Both the position numbers and the translations under genes were made by a program. Shown here one piece after another: positions 51,336 to 64,000 of a stretch of DNA of 64,000 nucleotides (position 1 is the first letter of the stretch; each line of letters opens with the position of its first letter). The stretch is taken from contig NC_043007.1 of assembly GCF_006345805.1 (NCBI RefSeq), positions 52,514,001-52,578,000 on the forward strand. The letters are read 5' to 3'. Source of the stretch: Octopus sinensis. Its lineage: Eukaryota. The notes beneath the pieces are model-generated. The model made no database searches. It worked only from the letters and a program-made list of their open reading frames with translations, and was not told the origin of the DNA.

Positions 51336-51620
51336 TTCCAGCCTATAAGGATCTGCTAGCTCAAAGCGGCTTAGCAGATCCATGAAGCCACTATTACCTT
51401 TTCTATCTGAACGCGAGCCAACACAATCTACATCCGCTTTGCAAATTGTGTTAAAGTCTCCTAGCACAACTAATGAATGCGAAGTACCAAGAAAGTTTTC
51501 TAGTTCACGAAAATAATCACTTTGCCCTGTATGGTTGGGTGCGTAAATTGCAACCAGTCTGATAACTTTACCATTACTGAACGATTAAATTAAATACTAG
51601 TTGCGTACTCGGGTCCATCT
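51336..51620 (-). mobile_element. L1/Tx1 APE endonuclease middle fragment
   Basis: Translates as RLVAIYAPNHTGQSDYFRELENFLGTSHSLVVLGDFN...FELADPYRLE. Confidence 0.8.
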
Positions 51621-52198
51621 AATCGACTGGCCCCTTCCACCAAATTTCGAGCCTTGTGCCAAGAGTAAAAAAGCATAGTTGAATATGCCCTCCCCCACAC
51701 ACCACAGTGATATTGAGAGGAATAGAGGTGGGAAAAAATTACGCCGTTTCAGCTATCGATATTTTCATTCTCCTTCTGAACGTTCAGTTATTCTATTTTA
51801 TCCTCCCTCTCGTTAAATGCTAGCCCCTCTCTCTCTCTATTTCTTTTAGTCTTTTTTATTCGCGCAAGCTTAGCTCTTTCTCTCTTTTCAATTCTATACG
51901 CTTTACTCAGTTAACTCTTCCTTCTCTCGTATTTAGTCAGTTTATCAGTCAAACCTCCCTCTCCTTCGCCTCCGTCTTTATTCAACTTGTACGTATTCCT
52001 CCTCCTCCACTTTGTCACTTTCAGTAAGCGGGATGGGAGCGCCATTGAAGTAGGAGGAGACGGACCAATTAATAGTAGCAGCAGTAATAACAGTGGTAGT
52101 GACAGTAGAGTGTTGTATGTAGTAGTAATAATAGTGTTTAAAGCAGTAGTGATAGTAGTAACAGTAGTGTTGTATGCATCAGAACTTCTTGAGGTATC

Positions 52199-52324
52199 AT
52201 GGCTTCCTTTCGTGAGACCACAGCGGAAAGAAGCCAGGAAAGAAAATCAGTTCACAAAAATGGTACAAGTAATGGCATATCCAAACAGAAAAATGGACAT
52301 GCATCGGGTTCTAACGGTAGCAAT
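52199..52324 (+). CDS. Probable first coding exon of an unidentified host gene
   Basis: ATG in atcATGG context, 42 open codons (MASFRETTAERSQERKSVHKNGTSNGISKQKNGHASGSNGSN), then a perfect GTAAGT donor; lies in the only TE-poor stretch (~51650-55250). Confidence 0.55.
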
Positions 52325-55300
52325 GTAAGTATATTTATTTTTTAAAAGAATGTTTAGAAATATATAAAAAAAAGTAATAAGTCTATCGCAATTCTTGCTT
52401 GTCATGGTCTTTTTTGTCGAGATCCGCCTGATATTTTAGTTTAGTATCCCTTAACTTTGCTGTATACAAGCTGGTATCGTTCAAGAATGCCTTTGCTCTT
52501 TATTTAAGATTTATTTATAGGTTTTGATTAAAAGCTTTAGTTATGCGAAAATGTATCAGGTGAAATTTTGGTGAACGCAAACCCTGCCTACCTAAACCAG
52601 TTGGGCGTGTTTACCCTCTCTTGTTACAGTTTTTCTCCCGGAGGAACTATATGTTTATTTATTACTACGGGAAATCTCTCCCTGTTCCCCTATTAATTCT
52701 AACAACAAACAGTAATTGCTGTTGAATTGAGGTTAGCTCTCATCTAACTAGAGCCGCGACTCGGTTTCAATACCCTGTTTATAAAGCTATTTTCATTCAC
52801 TCGCCTCTTCACTTTTTTTGAGAAATCTGTTATAGTCTCAAGATCATCAATGTCCCTGTAACTATAAATCCACTTTGAATTTTGCACCAACCTCTGCAGT
52901 CATCTTTTACCTAGGCCTGTTCATTGTAGCTTGACATGGCACTCAAAACATTTCTAATTGGTAAAATACACCAAACCACTACATTTCAAACCCATTATCG
53001 CTCTGTCTACATTAGACTGCAAAATATCAGGTTACAGCAGTCTCTCCTTGTACTAATAAATGGTTTTAAAAAATTCAACAGGTTTTATTTCTCCCTTTGC
53101 TCTAAATAGGTAATGTACATCTTTCTGCTTATTGGTTGCTTTTACTCATTTCTGCTTCTCACTCGTGATAAATGGCGTCTCCCTAAAACTTCTCACTGTC
53201 ATCACCCTGTTGCTTGCCAAACTCTCTGCGTTTTTAACCCTCTTCCCACCCAAATTTCTGCTTTGATACTTTTACCGTGTGATGTATTTACATTTTTCCG
53301 AGTGTGTATATAGAGTGAGGAGTGTATGTACATACTACAGTACATGCACTCTGAAAGGTCTGTTGTTTTGTTGGAGCTGTATTGAACCAAAATGAAAGTA
53401 GCATCCAGACTTGCTGCTGCAGGTTAGCGACATTCTTTTTATCTCGCCGTCACACCGTGTTCCCCTCCATCTCTGTCACAGCATCTTCCCCCCTCTCTCT
53501 TAATCATTTTACTCTGTTCTCTTTCACGTACCCTGTCAATGTCTCACACTCTCTCTTTTGTTTTACTCTCTATCACTTACCCTGTTCCTCTTTATCACAC
53601 TCTTTCTCCTCTTTCCCTTTGCTTTGTCCAGCTTCTCTCAAATCGGATATCAATAAAACTGTATTGGTCCTGTAAACATTCGACTGTCGCAGTAAGAAAT
53701 TTGACTTGGTCCAGCTTTGATTGTGGACTCTAAAACGACTCTCTCCTTTTAAAATACAGCATGGCCATAACCTTAGGACTGAAACATAGAAGAATAAAAG
53801 AGAGGAATAAAAGAATCTGTTCTCTTGTAAGATGTTCCTTCTGCATTTCCACAGTAGAAATATAAAAGGACTCTTTTTAAAACTACTTCAGTGCTCGTGT
53901 TTTTAAATGGTTGTTCACATCAGATCTCTTGGGAAACCGTAAATGCGTTTCTCGTCTTTTAAAATAGCAGTTGTGAACTAAGTAATTAAATAGTTAAAGT
54001 TTACTTATTGTTTTATTTTCTCGTAATGAAAGCCTGTCCAATGTTGTTAAATCAGTGCTCACCCCCCCCCCCTTGTTGCTCGCATTTCATTCTAGAAAAG
54101 AGAAAGAGTGAAAATATCTACTCCCTCTCTTTTGCTCTCCTCCTACTTCAGGATTCTCCACACCCATTGAAATTATTCTTGAAATTCCTTGAGTGAAATT
54201 TAATATATAATACAAGTAAATTGCAGCAACAGATTTAAGTCAATCGTTCAATTATATAAGGTTTTTACATTTAATCTTGTACAATATTTAAAGCGGTACG
54301 TGTTTAAAAAGTTTAAGAAATTCGATCAAGTTAACATACTGAAGTGTAATCAGATAAACTTTATTGTAAGGAAGTTCATTGTAAACGTTAATGCTCAATA
54401 AAACAAAATAGCTACACATACACACTGTTTAATCACTAATTTTATTTCAACTTATTTTTCCGCCTTGAAGCAGTAGTTTCTTCTGTACTGTTTTGTATAT
54501 CTATATCTGTATATGTATAATTTTGCAGTCTACAAATTAATTACTAATGCTAGACAATAATCAACCAGATGCTTTGAAAACTAATAGAACAATGCGCATG
54601 AAGATTGGTGCACAGGGGCCTTGATACCTCTAAATGTTCACCTGACACGTTTCTTTTGACTGACACACTCCACATACTTTCTCTTGATGTTGGTGAGTGA
54701 TTGGAATGTCAAAAATGCTAAGGCTTTTTATCCCCGATTTTTTTTTCTATCCATTACATTATGATGTAAGACTTGTTTCCATTAACGTTACTTACACTTC
54801 ATTCGGGTTGTCTTTAAAAAAAAAAAAAAAACGAAAGAAATGTGTGCGTACGCGTACCTGTCTGCCTATCTCTGAAATAAAAGAACTTCGTGAACCGATA
54901 GGACGATATAACATACCTCGTCCTCCGATTTAACTAACGAAATATCATTTAAAAAATATAAATCATAAGTTAACTATGTAATACTACACACACCCCCACC
55001 ATCTGTACGTAGATATATAATTACTCTTAGCATTTTCATAACTCATTAGTATATGCCTGTTTCTCGCTATTAGAAAGAAGGGGAGTATTGTGGTTTGCTA
55101 ACTTGATTCACTTCAGTTGAAGTGTTGCTATAAAAACACACACACATACGTTCTCTCTTCTTTCTTTCTCTTCCTCTCTCTCTCTCTTTTGTTACAGCAA
55201 ATATATTTAATATCGCTTAGCGCTAGAGAAGTTCTATTTCTCATATAAAAATATGTCCCGTGAGTTAGCAGCGCTTCAGCGAAAAAGACCGAGAGACTAG

Positions 55301-55462
55301 GCTTTAAAAAAAAAGCCTGGGATCGATGTGTTCTATCACAACCTCTTCAGGCGGTACTCCGCCATGGCCCAACTCAAAATGACAAACTAATAAATGAATA
55401 TATATACTTCAACATCATTGTCAGCCTTCCATGCTGGCATGGGTACATGTTGTGTGTGTGTG

Positions 55463-55506
<44 letters not shown>

Positions 55507-56740
55507 GGTATGTAGAAAAATACAACATGGACAAGAACGTATAACTCTTAGAAGACGATACAATAAACATGGACAGGACATTCGAACCCCTCAGTCTTCA
55601 GTCAAGAACCGGATCATCGTAGTAATTTCGGCTATATATATATATATATATAAATATATATACACACACACACGTGTGTATATACATGTATGCGTATGTA
55701 CGTGTGTGTATATATATTTATAATTATATATATGCGCATATATATCTGCGTATGTATGTATATATGTAAATGTACGTATATATATATAATATGTATATAT
55801 TATGTATGTGTAAATATGAATGTACGTGTCTGTATATGTGTATATATATAGGTGTATATGTATGTATACATTTGGATGTATGTGTATATATGTATGTGTA
55901 TATATATATATGGATATATGTGTATGTATATTTGTGCATGTATAAATATGTGTGTATGTATATTTGTGCATGTATAAATATGTATGTATATATATTTGTG
56001 TATGTATATGTTGGAGGTATATTTATGTATATATGTGTATATATATGTGTATGTGTCTATATGAACATGTATGTATATATGAATATTTATGTCAGGTCAC
56101 TCTCGAGTGCTACTGGTAACATATAACCCAGTACAACTTGTTGCATGGTCGGGTCGTCGGCGAGTAAACCAAGCTTCCTTGGTGTGGAGGGTGTTTATTG
56201 GACACCCTGCAGGATGAAAAACAAAACCCCTCAAAGGGCGAGGAACTCTTGAGAGTCAACGGCCATCCAATAAATGTCTTAAAGGCTGTATCATGCGCGG
56301 GGACATAGAAATAATCGGACTGAATACTCGATCGCACGGTTAAACCATTGGGAGTGAAGGACTTCTAGCCTTTGTTAGGGCATCCTTCTAGGAGAAGGCA
56401 ACTCAGGTAACTGGGATAACTCTGACATAAAACCTGCGGCTCAGTGGTTACCGATGATGTTGACTTGTTCTTCTTTTCGGATTATGGCTGCTGTTGCTTA
56501 GTGAGTGGGATTGACTCAGTGCACAGCCTTTCCTCACTTTGAAAAAAATCTTCTTGCACAGGCATTGCACGATAACAACATTGATTATGCTTCGCACAAT
56601 GGCCATACTCGATAACGAGGGGGCAGCCACCATATATAAATATGTGAATGTATATTTATGTATGTATAATACGCATGTAACTATATATATGCACATATGT
56701 AAATATATATATAGATATATATATATATATGAATGTGTAT

Positions 56741-56771
<31 letters not shown>

Positions 56772-56795
56772 AATGTGTATGTAAATATATATATA

Positions 56796-56830
<35 letters not shown>

Positions 56831-56845
56831 TGTGTATGTATATAT

Positions 56846-57211
56846 ACTCTTTTACTTGTTTCAGTCATGTGACTGTGGCCATGCTGGAGCACCGCCTTTA
56901 GTCGATCAAATCGACCCCAGGACATATTCTTTGTAAGCCTAGTACTTATTTTATTGGTCTCTTTTTTTGCTGAACCGCTAAGTTACGGGGACGTAAACAC
57001 ACCAGCATCGGTTGTCAAGCGATGTTGGGAGGACAAATACAGACACACAAACACGCACATACATATATATATATATATACATATATACGACGGGCTTCTT
57101 TCAGTTTTCGTCTACCAAATCCACTCACAAGGCTTTGGTCAGCCCGAGGCTATAGTAGAAGACACTTACCCAAGGTGTCACGCAGTGGGACTGAACCCGG
57201 AACCATGTGGT
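56846..57211 (-). mobile_element. tRNA-derived SINE
   Basis: Same family as 42194-42587. Confidence 0.8.
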
Positions 57212-57461
57212 TCCTACGCCTATTATATATATATGAATGTGTGTATGTGTATATATATATATGTATATATATAAATGTGTGTATGTGTATATATATATAT
57301 GTATATATATAAACGTGTGTGTGTATGTGTATATATATATATGTATATATATGAATTGTGTATGTATGTGTGTGTATGTGTATATATATATAATTGTATA
57401 TATATGAATGTGTGTATGTATGTGTATTATATATATATATATGTATATATGAATGTTTGTA

Positions 57462-57561
57462 NNNNNNNNNNNNNNNNNNNNNNNNNNNNNNNNNNNNNNN
57501 NNNNNNNNNNNNNNNNNNNNNNNNNNNNNNNNNNNNNNNNNNNNNNNNNNNNNNNNNNNNN
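57462..57561. other. Assembly gap (100 N)
   Basis: Run of N. Confidence 1.
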
Positions 57562-57772
57562 CATTCGAGGAAAGTTTAAGTAATACTAAGTAATTAAGGG
57601 TTTAGCAACGAGTTTGCCTCACCAACACCGAATTTAGAAATAGCAGTCAAAGAGTTATAGCTATTCTTTCTACTAAGGGAGGATCTCAGTAAAACCACAG
57701 CACTTGAAAGGCAAACACAGACAGGCAAGAGAGAAAGAAATGATGACAATCGCATCATACAATATTAAGTCA

Positions 57773-57863
57773 CCTACGGACGTACGTTTTGAAATTAAGT
57801 TTTAGGAAAGCATAAGAATTAGATAATTATGTCTTACCCAATTTTTTTTCTCATCAGCGTAGG
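57773..57863 (-). ncRNA. Hammerhead ribozyme motif with one core mutation
   Basis: rc: CCTACG-CTGATGA-GAAA...TTTC-AAAA-CGTACG-TC-CGTAGG; G12 replaced by A. Confidence 0.7.
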
Positions 57864-57879
57864 ACACTACAATTATGAA

Positions 57880-58430
57880 TATACGTATGTGTATATGTAT
57901 ATACATATATATGTATATACATATATATATGTGTATATACATATATATGTATGTGTATATACATATATATGTATGTGTATATACATATATATGTATGTGT
58001 ATATACACATACATATATATGTATATACATATACACATACATATATGTATATACATATACACATACATATATATGTATATACATATATATGTATATACAC
58101 ATACATATATATGTATATACATATACACATACATATATATGTATATACACATACATATATATGTATATACATATACACATACATACATATATATGTATAT
58201 ACATATACACATACATATATATGTATATACATATATATATATGTATATACATATATATGTATATATACATATATATGTATATGTATATACATATATATGT
58301 ATATATACATATATATGTATATACACATATATATGTATATACACATATATATGTATATACACATATATATGTATATATACATATATATGTATGTGTATAT
58401 ACATATATATGTATGTGTATATATGTACGT
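57880..58430. repeat. Compound (TA/CA/TG) microsatellite
   Basis: Low-complexity tract; source of spurious ORFs. Confidence 0.95.
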
Positions 58431-58434
58431 ATAA

Positions 58435-59565
58435 TATAAATAATCGGGAAGAATTGCAATCCCTGAGTCAAAATCAGTGCGTGATCTGGGCATTGACATG
58501 AGCAATGATGCATCTTTCCAAGTGCTTATTACTAATCTGGTGATGAAATGCAGAAGGCTAGCTGGATGGATTCTCCGAACTTTCAGCCACTAGGAAAGAC
58601 TGAAAGTATTAAACCTCTTCTCCCTAGAGCGAAGGCGGGAGAGATATGCGGTGATATACATCTGGAAAATCCTGGAGGGTCTTGTCCCAAACTTTGGCAT
58701 TCAAAGTTAACCCAACCGCAGAACGGGGCGCCACTGCATGGTGCTAAGATTCCAACATCACCATTAAAATACAGGACCAGATACTGCAACAGCTTGGGTT
58801 TCAGAGCACCACAGCTCTTTAACAGCCTCCCTAAATGCCTGAGAGATTTGCATGGTGTGGATGTGGGTTTCTTTAAAACTAAACTGGATCTCTTCTTGTC
58901 CGGGGTCCCAGATGAACCTACCTCACGACAGGAGACACATATGCGGGCAGCGGCATCGAACTCCCTTGTTAACCAAGTGCCACGTATCAGAGGTGGATTC
59001 ACATATTAGTGTAGCTCATTCAGCGGTGGTGCCACAGCGTTCAGGCTGAAATTCGTTCCATGACTTTGCTGATGTGTGAGGTCAGAGAGATAGGCTCATA
59101 ATTTTTAGCATCTGCTCTGCTTCCTCCCTTATCGATAGGGCATATTACCCCCTCTTTCAATTTGACTGGGAGTTACCATTTGCAAGAAAGCTCTGAAAAA
59201 GAATCTGTAGCGGTTTTGCAAGGGCTGGCTCGTTTTCACGATTTGAGAAGGATCGCTGGAAATCCATCAGGTCCAGCAGCTGAGTTTGTGTCAATATCAT
59301 CTATGGCCAGTGTGATATCATCATCTTCAATGTTGATGTACTCAATTTTTGCCTCTTTGGCCACAGGTAAAGTGGCAAAGAATTCTTTTGGGTTGTTTAC
59401 TTGCCTGTGTCCTAGAGGTGTAGTGAACTCACTTTGGAACTGTTCGTTCACTATTTCACTCATCCTCGTGGGATTTCCTCTGAGAGAGCCATCTTTTTGG
59501 AAGAGAGGTCCTATTTTCTGGTGCACTGTGGCTGTCTCTTTGGCAAACTTAAAGAAAGCTTTAGG
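58435..59565. mobile_element. Two fragments of a CR1/Jockey-like LINE in opposite orientations
   Basis: + strand 3' end (LERRRE..IWKILEGLVPNF, LFNSLP, FKTKLDLFL) to ~59040; - strand RT N-terminus (AAGPDGFPAILLKS, NYEPISLTSHISKV) 59045-59565. Confidence 0.7.
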
Positions 59566-59594
59566 GTTTATATATATATATATATATGGCTTTA

Positions 59595-62400
59595 GGGTGA
59601 TAGTGACTCAGCAATTAGAGCAAGGTCATCAGCATAGAGGAGCTCCCAGGGGTATCCTGTCTTGAATTCCTCCGTTATTGCCTGGAGGACTATGACAAAT
59701 AGGAGGGGGCTGAGGACTGAGCCTTGGTGGACACCTACTGTCACCCGGAATTCTTCACTGTACTCGTTGCCAACCCTCACCTTACTAACGGTGTCCCTGT
59801 ACATGGCTCGCATAGCTCTCACTAACCATTCATCTATCCCTAGTTTCCTCATTGACCACCAGATAAGGGATCGGGGGGACCCTGTCGAAGGCTTTCTCCA
59901 TGTCAACGAAAGCCAGGTACAGGAGCTTATCTTTGGCTAGGTATTTCTCCTGCAGCTGCCTTACCAGGAATCAGTGGTACTTTTCCCTGGCACGAAACCA
60001 AACTGCATCTCATCTAAACTAACTCTCTCTCTAATTAGTTGGGCTATGACCCTCTCCATAACCTTCATTACCTGATCCAACAGCTTGATACCTCTGTAAT
60101 TATTTCTATCTTGGGCATCACCTTTACCTTTGTAGCAGTTGACTATTATGCTGCTACACCAGTCATTGGGTATGACTCCTTCGTGTATCACCTGATTAAC
60201 TATACAGGTGACTTGGCTATAGCCGACACTACCAGATATTTTGAGCATCTCTGCAGTGATTCCTGATGGGCCTGGGGCTTTCCCTGTCTTCATGCTTCTA
60301 ATTGCCTTAACTACCAAGGAACTGTCAACTCGGATAGCTTGTCCCTCTGTTGGGTCGACATTCGGCAGACTCTCTTTATCCCATCCATTTCCCTTATTCA
60401 GCAACCTTTCATAGTGGCGTCTCCATACCTCTCTCTTTGCATCCTCATTTAGCGCAAGTGCGCCATCATCCATGCGAACACATTTCTCTCCTACCACATC
60501 ATGATTCTCTCTCACACACTGTCCTGCAACACGAAATACCTCAAGTTTTTGGTCCTCACGACGCAGAACATTGGCAAATTCTTTCTTATCTGCTTCCCCT
60601 CTGGCTAAATAGACCTGTCTCCTAGCTTATCTTTTGGCAATCTGATACAATTCCCTACTACAACCATTCTTCCAGTCCTTCCAAGCCTGTCTCTTTTCTC
60701 TAATAGCCCTGTCTACAGCATTGTTCCACCACCACGTTATTTTGGGTCGAGAGGGGACTTTGCACCAGCCACAGATCTGGTCAGTGGCTCTCAGCAGGTT
60801 GTCCCTTAGAATACTCCAGTTGTCTTCTACCCCATGTGAAGCTCTATCCTTTTCTGCTTCGTCAAAGGCTTCAAGTAATATCCTCTTTGTCCTGATCCTA
60901 AAGTCACTAACTACCAGTCTTTGTTGTGGGGTACATTCTTCGCCTGGGAAGGTTTTGGCATTTATAAGCAGCCATCTTTCCCTTTTCCTGGCAAGGATGT
61001 AGTCAATTTGGCTGGTAGGTTTCCTGAAGTTAGTGTTGCAAACCATAAGATCATTTGCATCACAGAACTACAGCAGCCTGGTTCCCTCCTTGTTGCGGGA
61101 ACCATAACCATAACCTCCATGGACACCATGGAAGCCCACAGCATGTTGTCCAACATGCCCATTGAAGTCACCAGCCACAAAGAGAAGGTCTCTGTCGTTC
61201 GTCAACGAGGTAGTCTGCAGTAGAGTGTCATAGAATCAGTCTTTCTGTCCATCGGGTAGCCCTGGCTGAGGAGCATAGACGGATATAATGGTTGCTGATC
61301 CATGATGAAGCACTAATCTGATCTTAAGTATTCTGTCACTTACTCTGATTACCTCAATTACCTTATCTATCCATTTTTCAGCGAGAAGTATACCCATGCC
61401 CCCAACCCCGTCAGTGTTCCCTGCCCAGAAAATCTTGTACCTGTGTTCTTTGCCTGTGAGGAACCTAGCAGAACCTCCTCTCCACCTTACTTCTTGGATG
61501 CAACATATATCAACACATCTCCGTTCAAGCATCTCAACTATCTCGCCAGACCTACCTTCCAGTGTGCCAACCCTGAGGGTGTGGGAGGTATGGGCCCTAG
61601 AGACCCTGGGACGGTGGACAGTAGCTGAAAAGAAAACTTGCATTTGGCAGAATTCATGAACAAGCAATACAGTAACGTTCAGTTCAACCTGCATAACACT
61701 ACCCTTTCATATTTTGCACTGTATGAACATTACCTTACATAGGAGATAAGGCCGAGACTAGGGGTGGGGATGGCGAAAGGGTTTTTGCAGTCTTCATGGG
61801 AGGCAACCCAAGGATGGCAAAGAATAGGAACTTCTGGCATGTGTGGAGGGGGTGGGAGGGCAGGTGCACCACTAACTAGGAAGAGGTTCTGCTAATCATG
61901 AGACCAAGAAAGTAGGTTTGAAAAATCTGAGAAAGACAAATTTTAGGGGAAAGATAAGTGGCTGAGTGTTAAGACTTTAATAGTTAAGTGAATCAATGAA
62001 TATAAGGTTATCTTCAGGAGCAACAGGAAGACAAGACTAAACGTAAACTATATTTACACAAATGGAATGTTACTGAACTAGACAGAATAATGAAAGAATA
62101 ATGATATGTGCAAAGATAGTAGGTAGAAGAAGCGAGGTTGAAAGAAGGATTCTTAATTTTTATCCATTCATGAGCGGTCCGTTATTCTTCGGTAGGGGTT
62201 AGGAAGCGAGTGGAATTCTCGATTATGTGTTCACTAGTTTATAATATGGCGATGGTGGTTATGGAAAGAGGGAGACATAGAGAAACATAGGGAGAGAGAC
62301 AGGGTTAGTTAGAGAGGGGGGAGAGAAGTGGTCAAGAAACACGTGGGAGGAAACGGTATGAGGGGCTCTGACTGGCATAGTTGAAACGAGACAGCAGTCT
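59595..62400 (-). mobile_element. RTE LINE 5' half (5' UTR, APE, RT to YADD), frameshifted
   Basis: ORFs 61236-61694, 60627-61046, 59961-60515 and 59592-59906 are highly similar to 38000-39920; 5' boundary approximate. Confidence 0.9.
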
Positions 62401-62573
62401 CAATAATATTTAATATTTAAGATAGACTTGAAAAAAAAAGTAAAATCTGAGATATGGCGGTGCCCCAGCATGGCCACAGCTCATGAGCTGAAACTAGAAT
62501 CAATCAATCAATATGTATATATGTACATATGTGTATATGTACATATGTGTATATATATCTATGTATATATGTC

Positions 62574-62857
62574 ACATGATCACGTGACTGACCAGACCAT
62601 CAGATGTTGCTACACATCGCTGGTCACAATGCGTTCGCATTGTTTTAGCCTTCGAATGACGCCACCCCGCTGGCTAAGCGAGCAGGCCAACAGAAGAAAG
62701 AGTGAAAGAAAATGTGGTGAAAGAGTACAGCAGGGATCACCACCCCCTGCCGGAGCCTTGTGGAGCTTTTAAACACTCACAACGCCCGATTTAGGAATCG
62801 AAACCACGATCCTACAACCGCGAGTCCACTGCCCTAACCTCTAGGCCATTGCGCCTC
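62574..62857 (-). mobile_element. tRNA-derived SINE (third family)
   Basis: rc head ggcgcaatggcctagaggttagggcag..ggtttcgattcc. Confidence 0.7.
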
Positions 62858-62905
62858 AACTGTATATATGTACATATGTGTATGTATATACATATACACA
62901 CACGC

Positions 62906-62984
<79 letters not shown>

Positions 62985-62985
<1 letters not shown>

Positions 62986-63520
62986 AAGGCAACAGTGGCT
63001 TGAAGTATTTTTAAATTCTGTGTGAGAAAATAATGTGATGTTATAGAAGAGAAGTTTGTTTGCATGGATGATGGTTCACTTGCAAGAAGGTTTAAAGACA
63101 AGTATTCTTTAAACACTAAGAATGTGCAGACGCCCTCAAATATCTGTGGAGATCATTAGAAGTAGTGAATAGCTTCTATTACCTAGGCGTCCAAGGTAGC
63201 AGTAACGGAGGAAGTAGTGAAAGCATAGTTACTAGAATAAGAACGGGCTGGGCAAAGTTGAGAAAGCTACTACTTCTGTGGGTAACAAAGGGCCTCTTCC
63301 TCTGTGAAAGGCAGACTGTATGGTGGCTCTCTACATACAGCTGTGCTATATGATGGTGAAACATGGGCTATGACTATAGAGGACATGTGAAGGCTTGAAA
63401 GAAATGAAGTTAGCATGCTCTGCTGGATGGGTAATGTCAGTGTGTTCATACAACAGTGTAAATGATTAAACAGAAAAATTAGGCATGAGAGGCATCAGAT
63501 GTTGCATGCAAAAGAGATTA
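62985..63520 (+). mobile_element. Decayed RTE LINE fragment
   Basis: SFYYLG..ESIVTRIRTGWAKLRKLL matches the C-terminal part of ORF 39671-40837. Confidence 0.75.
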
Positions 63521-63559
63521 TATATACACACATAGGTTTATGCACACACACGTGTGTAT

Positions 63560-63885
63560 AGGTATGGTTGTGTGGTAAGAAGCTTGCTTTTCAACCACAT
63601 GGTTCTGGGTTCAGTCCCACTTCGTGGCACCTTGGGCAAGTGTCTTCTACTAGAGCCTTGAGTGTATTTGGTCAACAGAAACTGAAAGAAGTCCAAAATA
63701 TGTGTGTGTGCCTTTGTCCCCCACCACCGGTTGACAACCAGTATTGGTATGTTTATGTCCCCTTAACTTAGCAGTTCAGCAAAGACTAGTAGAATAAGTA
63801 CTGAGGTCAGTTTATTTCAATAAAAATTCAAGGTGATATCCCAGCATGGCCACAGTTTAATGATTAAAACAAGTTAAAGAGATAA
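63560..63885 (+). mobile_element. tRNA-derived SINE
   Basis: Same family as 42194-42587. Confidence 0.75.
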
Positions 63886-64000
63886 AAAATATATATATAC
63901 ATATATGTGTGTGTATCTATACATGTATGTATATGTACATATAGAGGAAATGAGTATATGTTGATTGACATATATTAATAGGAATATACAATGAGTGCTC

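Noticed and set aside
51987-52328. 113-aa ORF from the track
   Set aside because: TTG start; the alternative frame from ATG 52199 ending at a splice donor is more plausible.
55500-55635. CTGAAGA motif on the minus strand as a hammerhead
   Set aside because: No stem II-GAAA-stem III-UH arrangement follows.
57802-58513. 200-aa Y/I/H/C/V/M-rich ORFs here and at many similar sites
   Set aside because: Translations of (TA/CA/TG) microsatellites.

Overview
This is AT-rich, microsatellite-laden eukaryotic DNA, almost entirely transposon-derived. The SINE and RTE-LINE families resemble those of octopus/cephalopod genomes (inference from memory, no search run). It holds three decayed Penelope-like retroelements (PLEs), two Gypsy (K02A2.6-like) remnants, several RTE LINEs (one near-intact with a PHD-type finger), an L1/Tx1-like LINE, Helitrons (one with a PIF1 helicase fragment), mariner remnants, tRNA-derived SINEs, a 100-N gap and one probable first coding exon of a host gene (52199-52324). 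The standout is a non-coding array (6691-10878) of ~534-bp near-identical tandem units. Each of 8 copies carries an intact minimal type I hammerhead ribozyme, and the array is preceded by an inverted ~100-bp piece of the unit. This is a retrozyme / PLE pseudo-LTR-like architecture predicted to yield ~534-nt monomeric (possibly circular) RNAs. Three further, sequence-unrelated hammerhead-like motifs occur at 19365-19440, 43812-43862 and 57773-57863.
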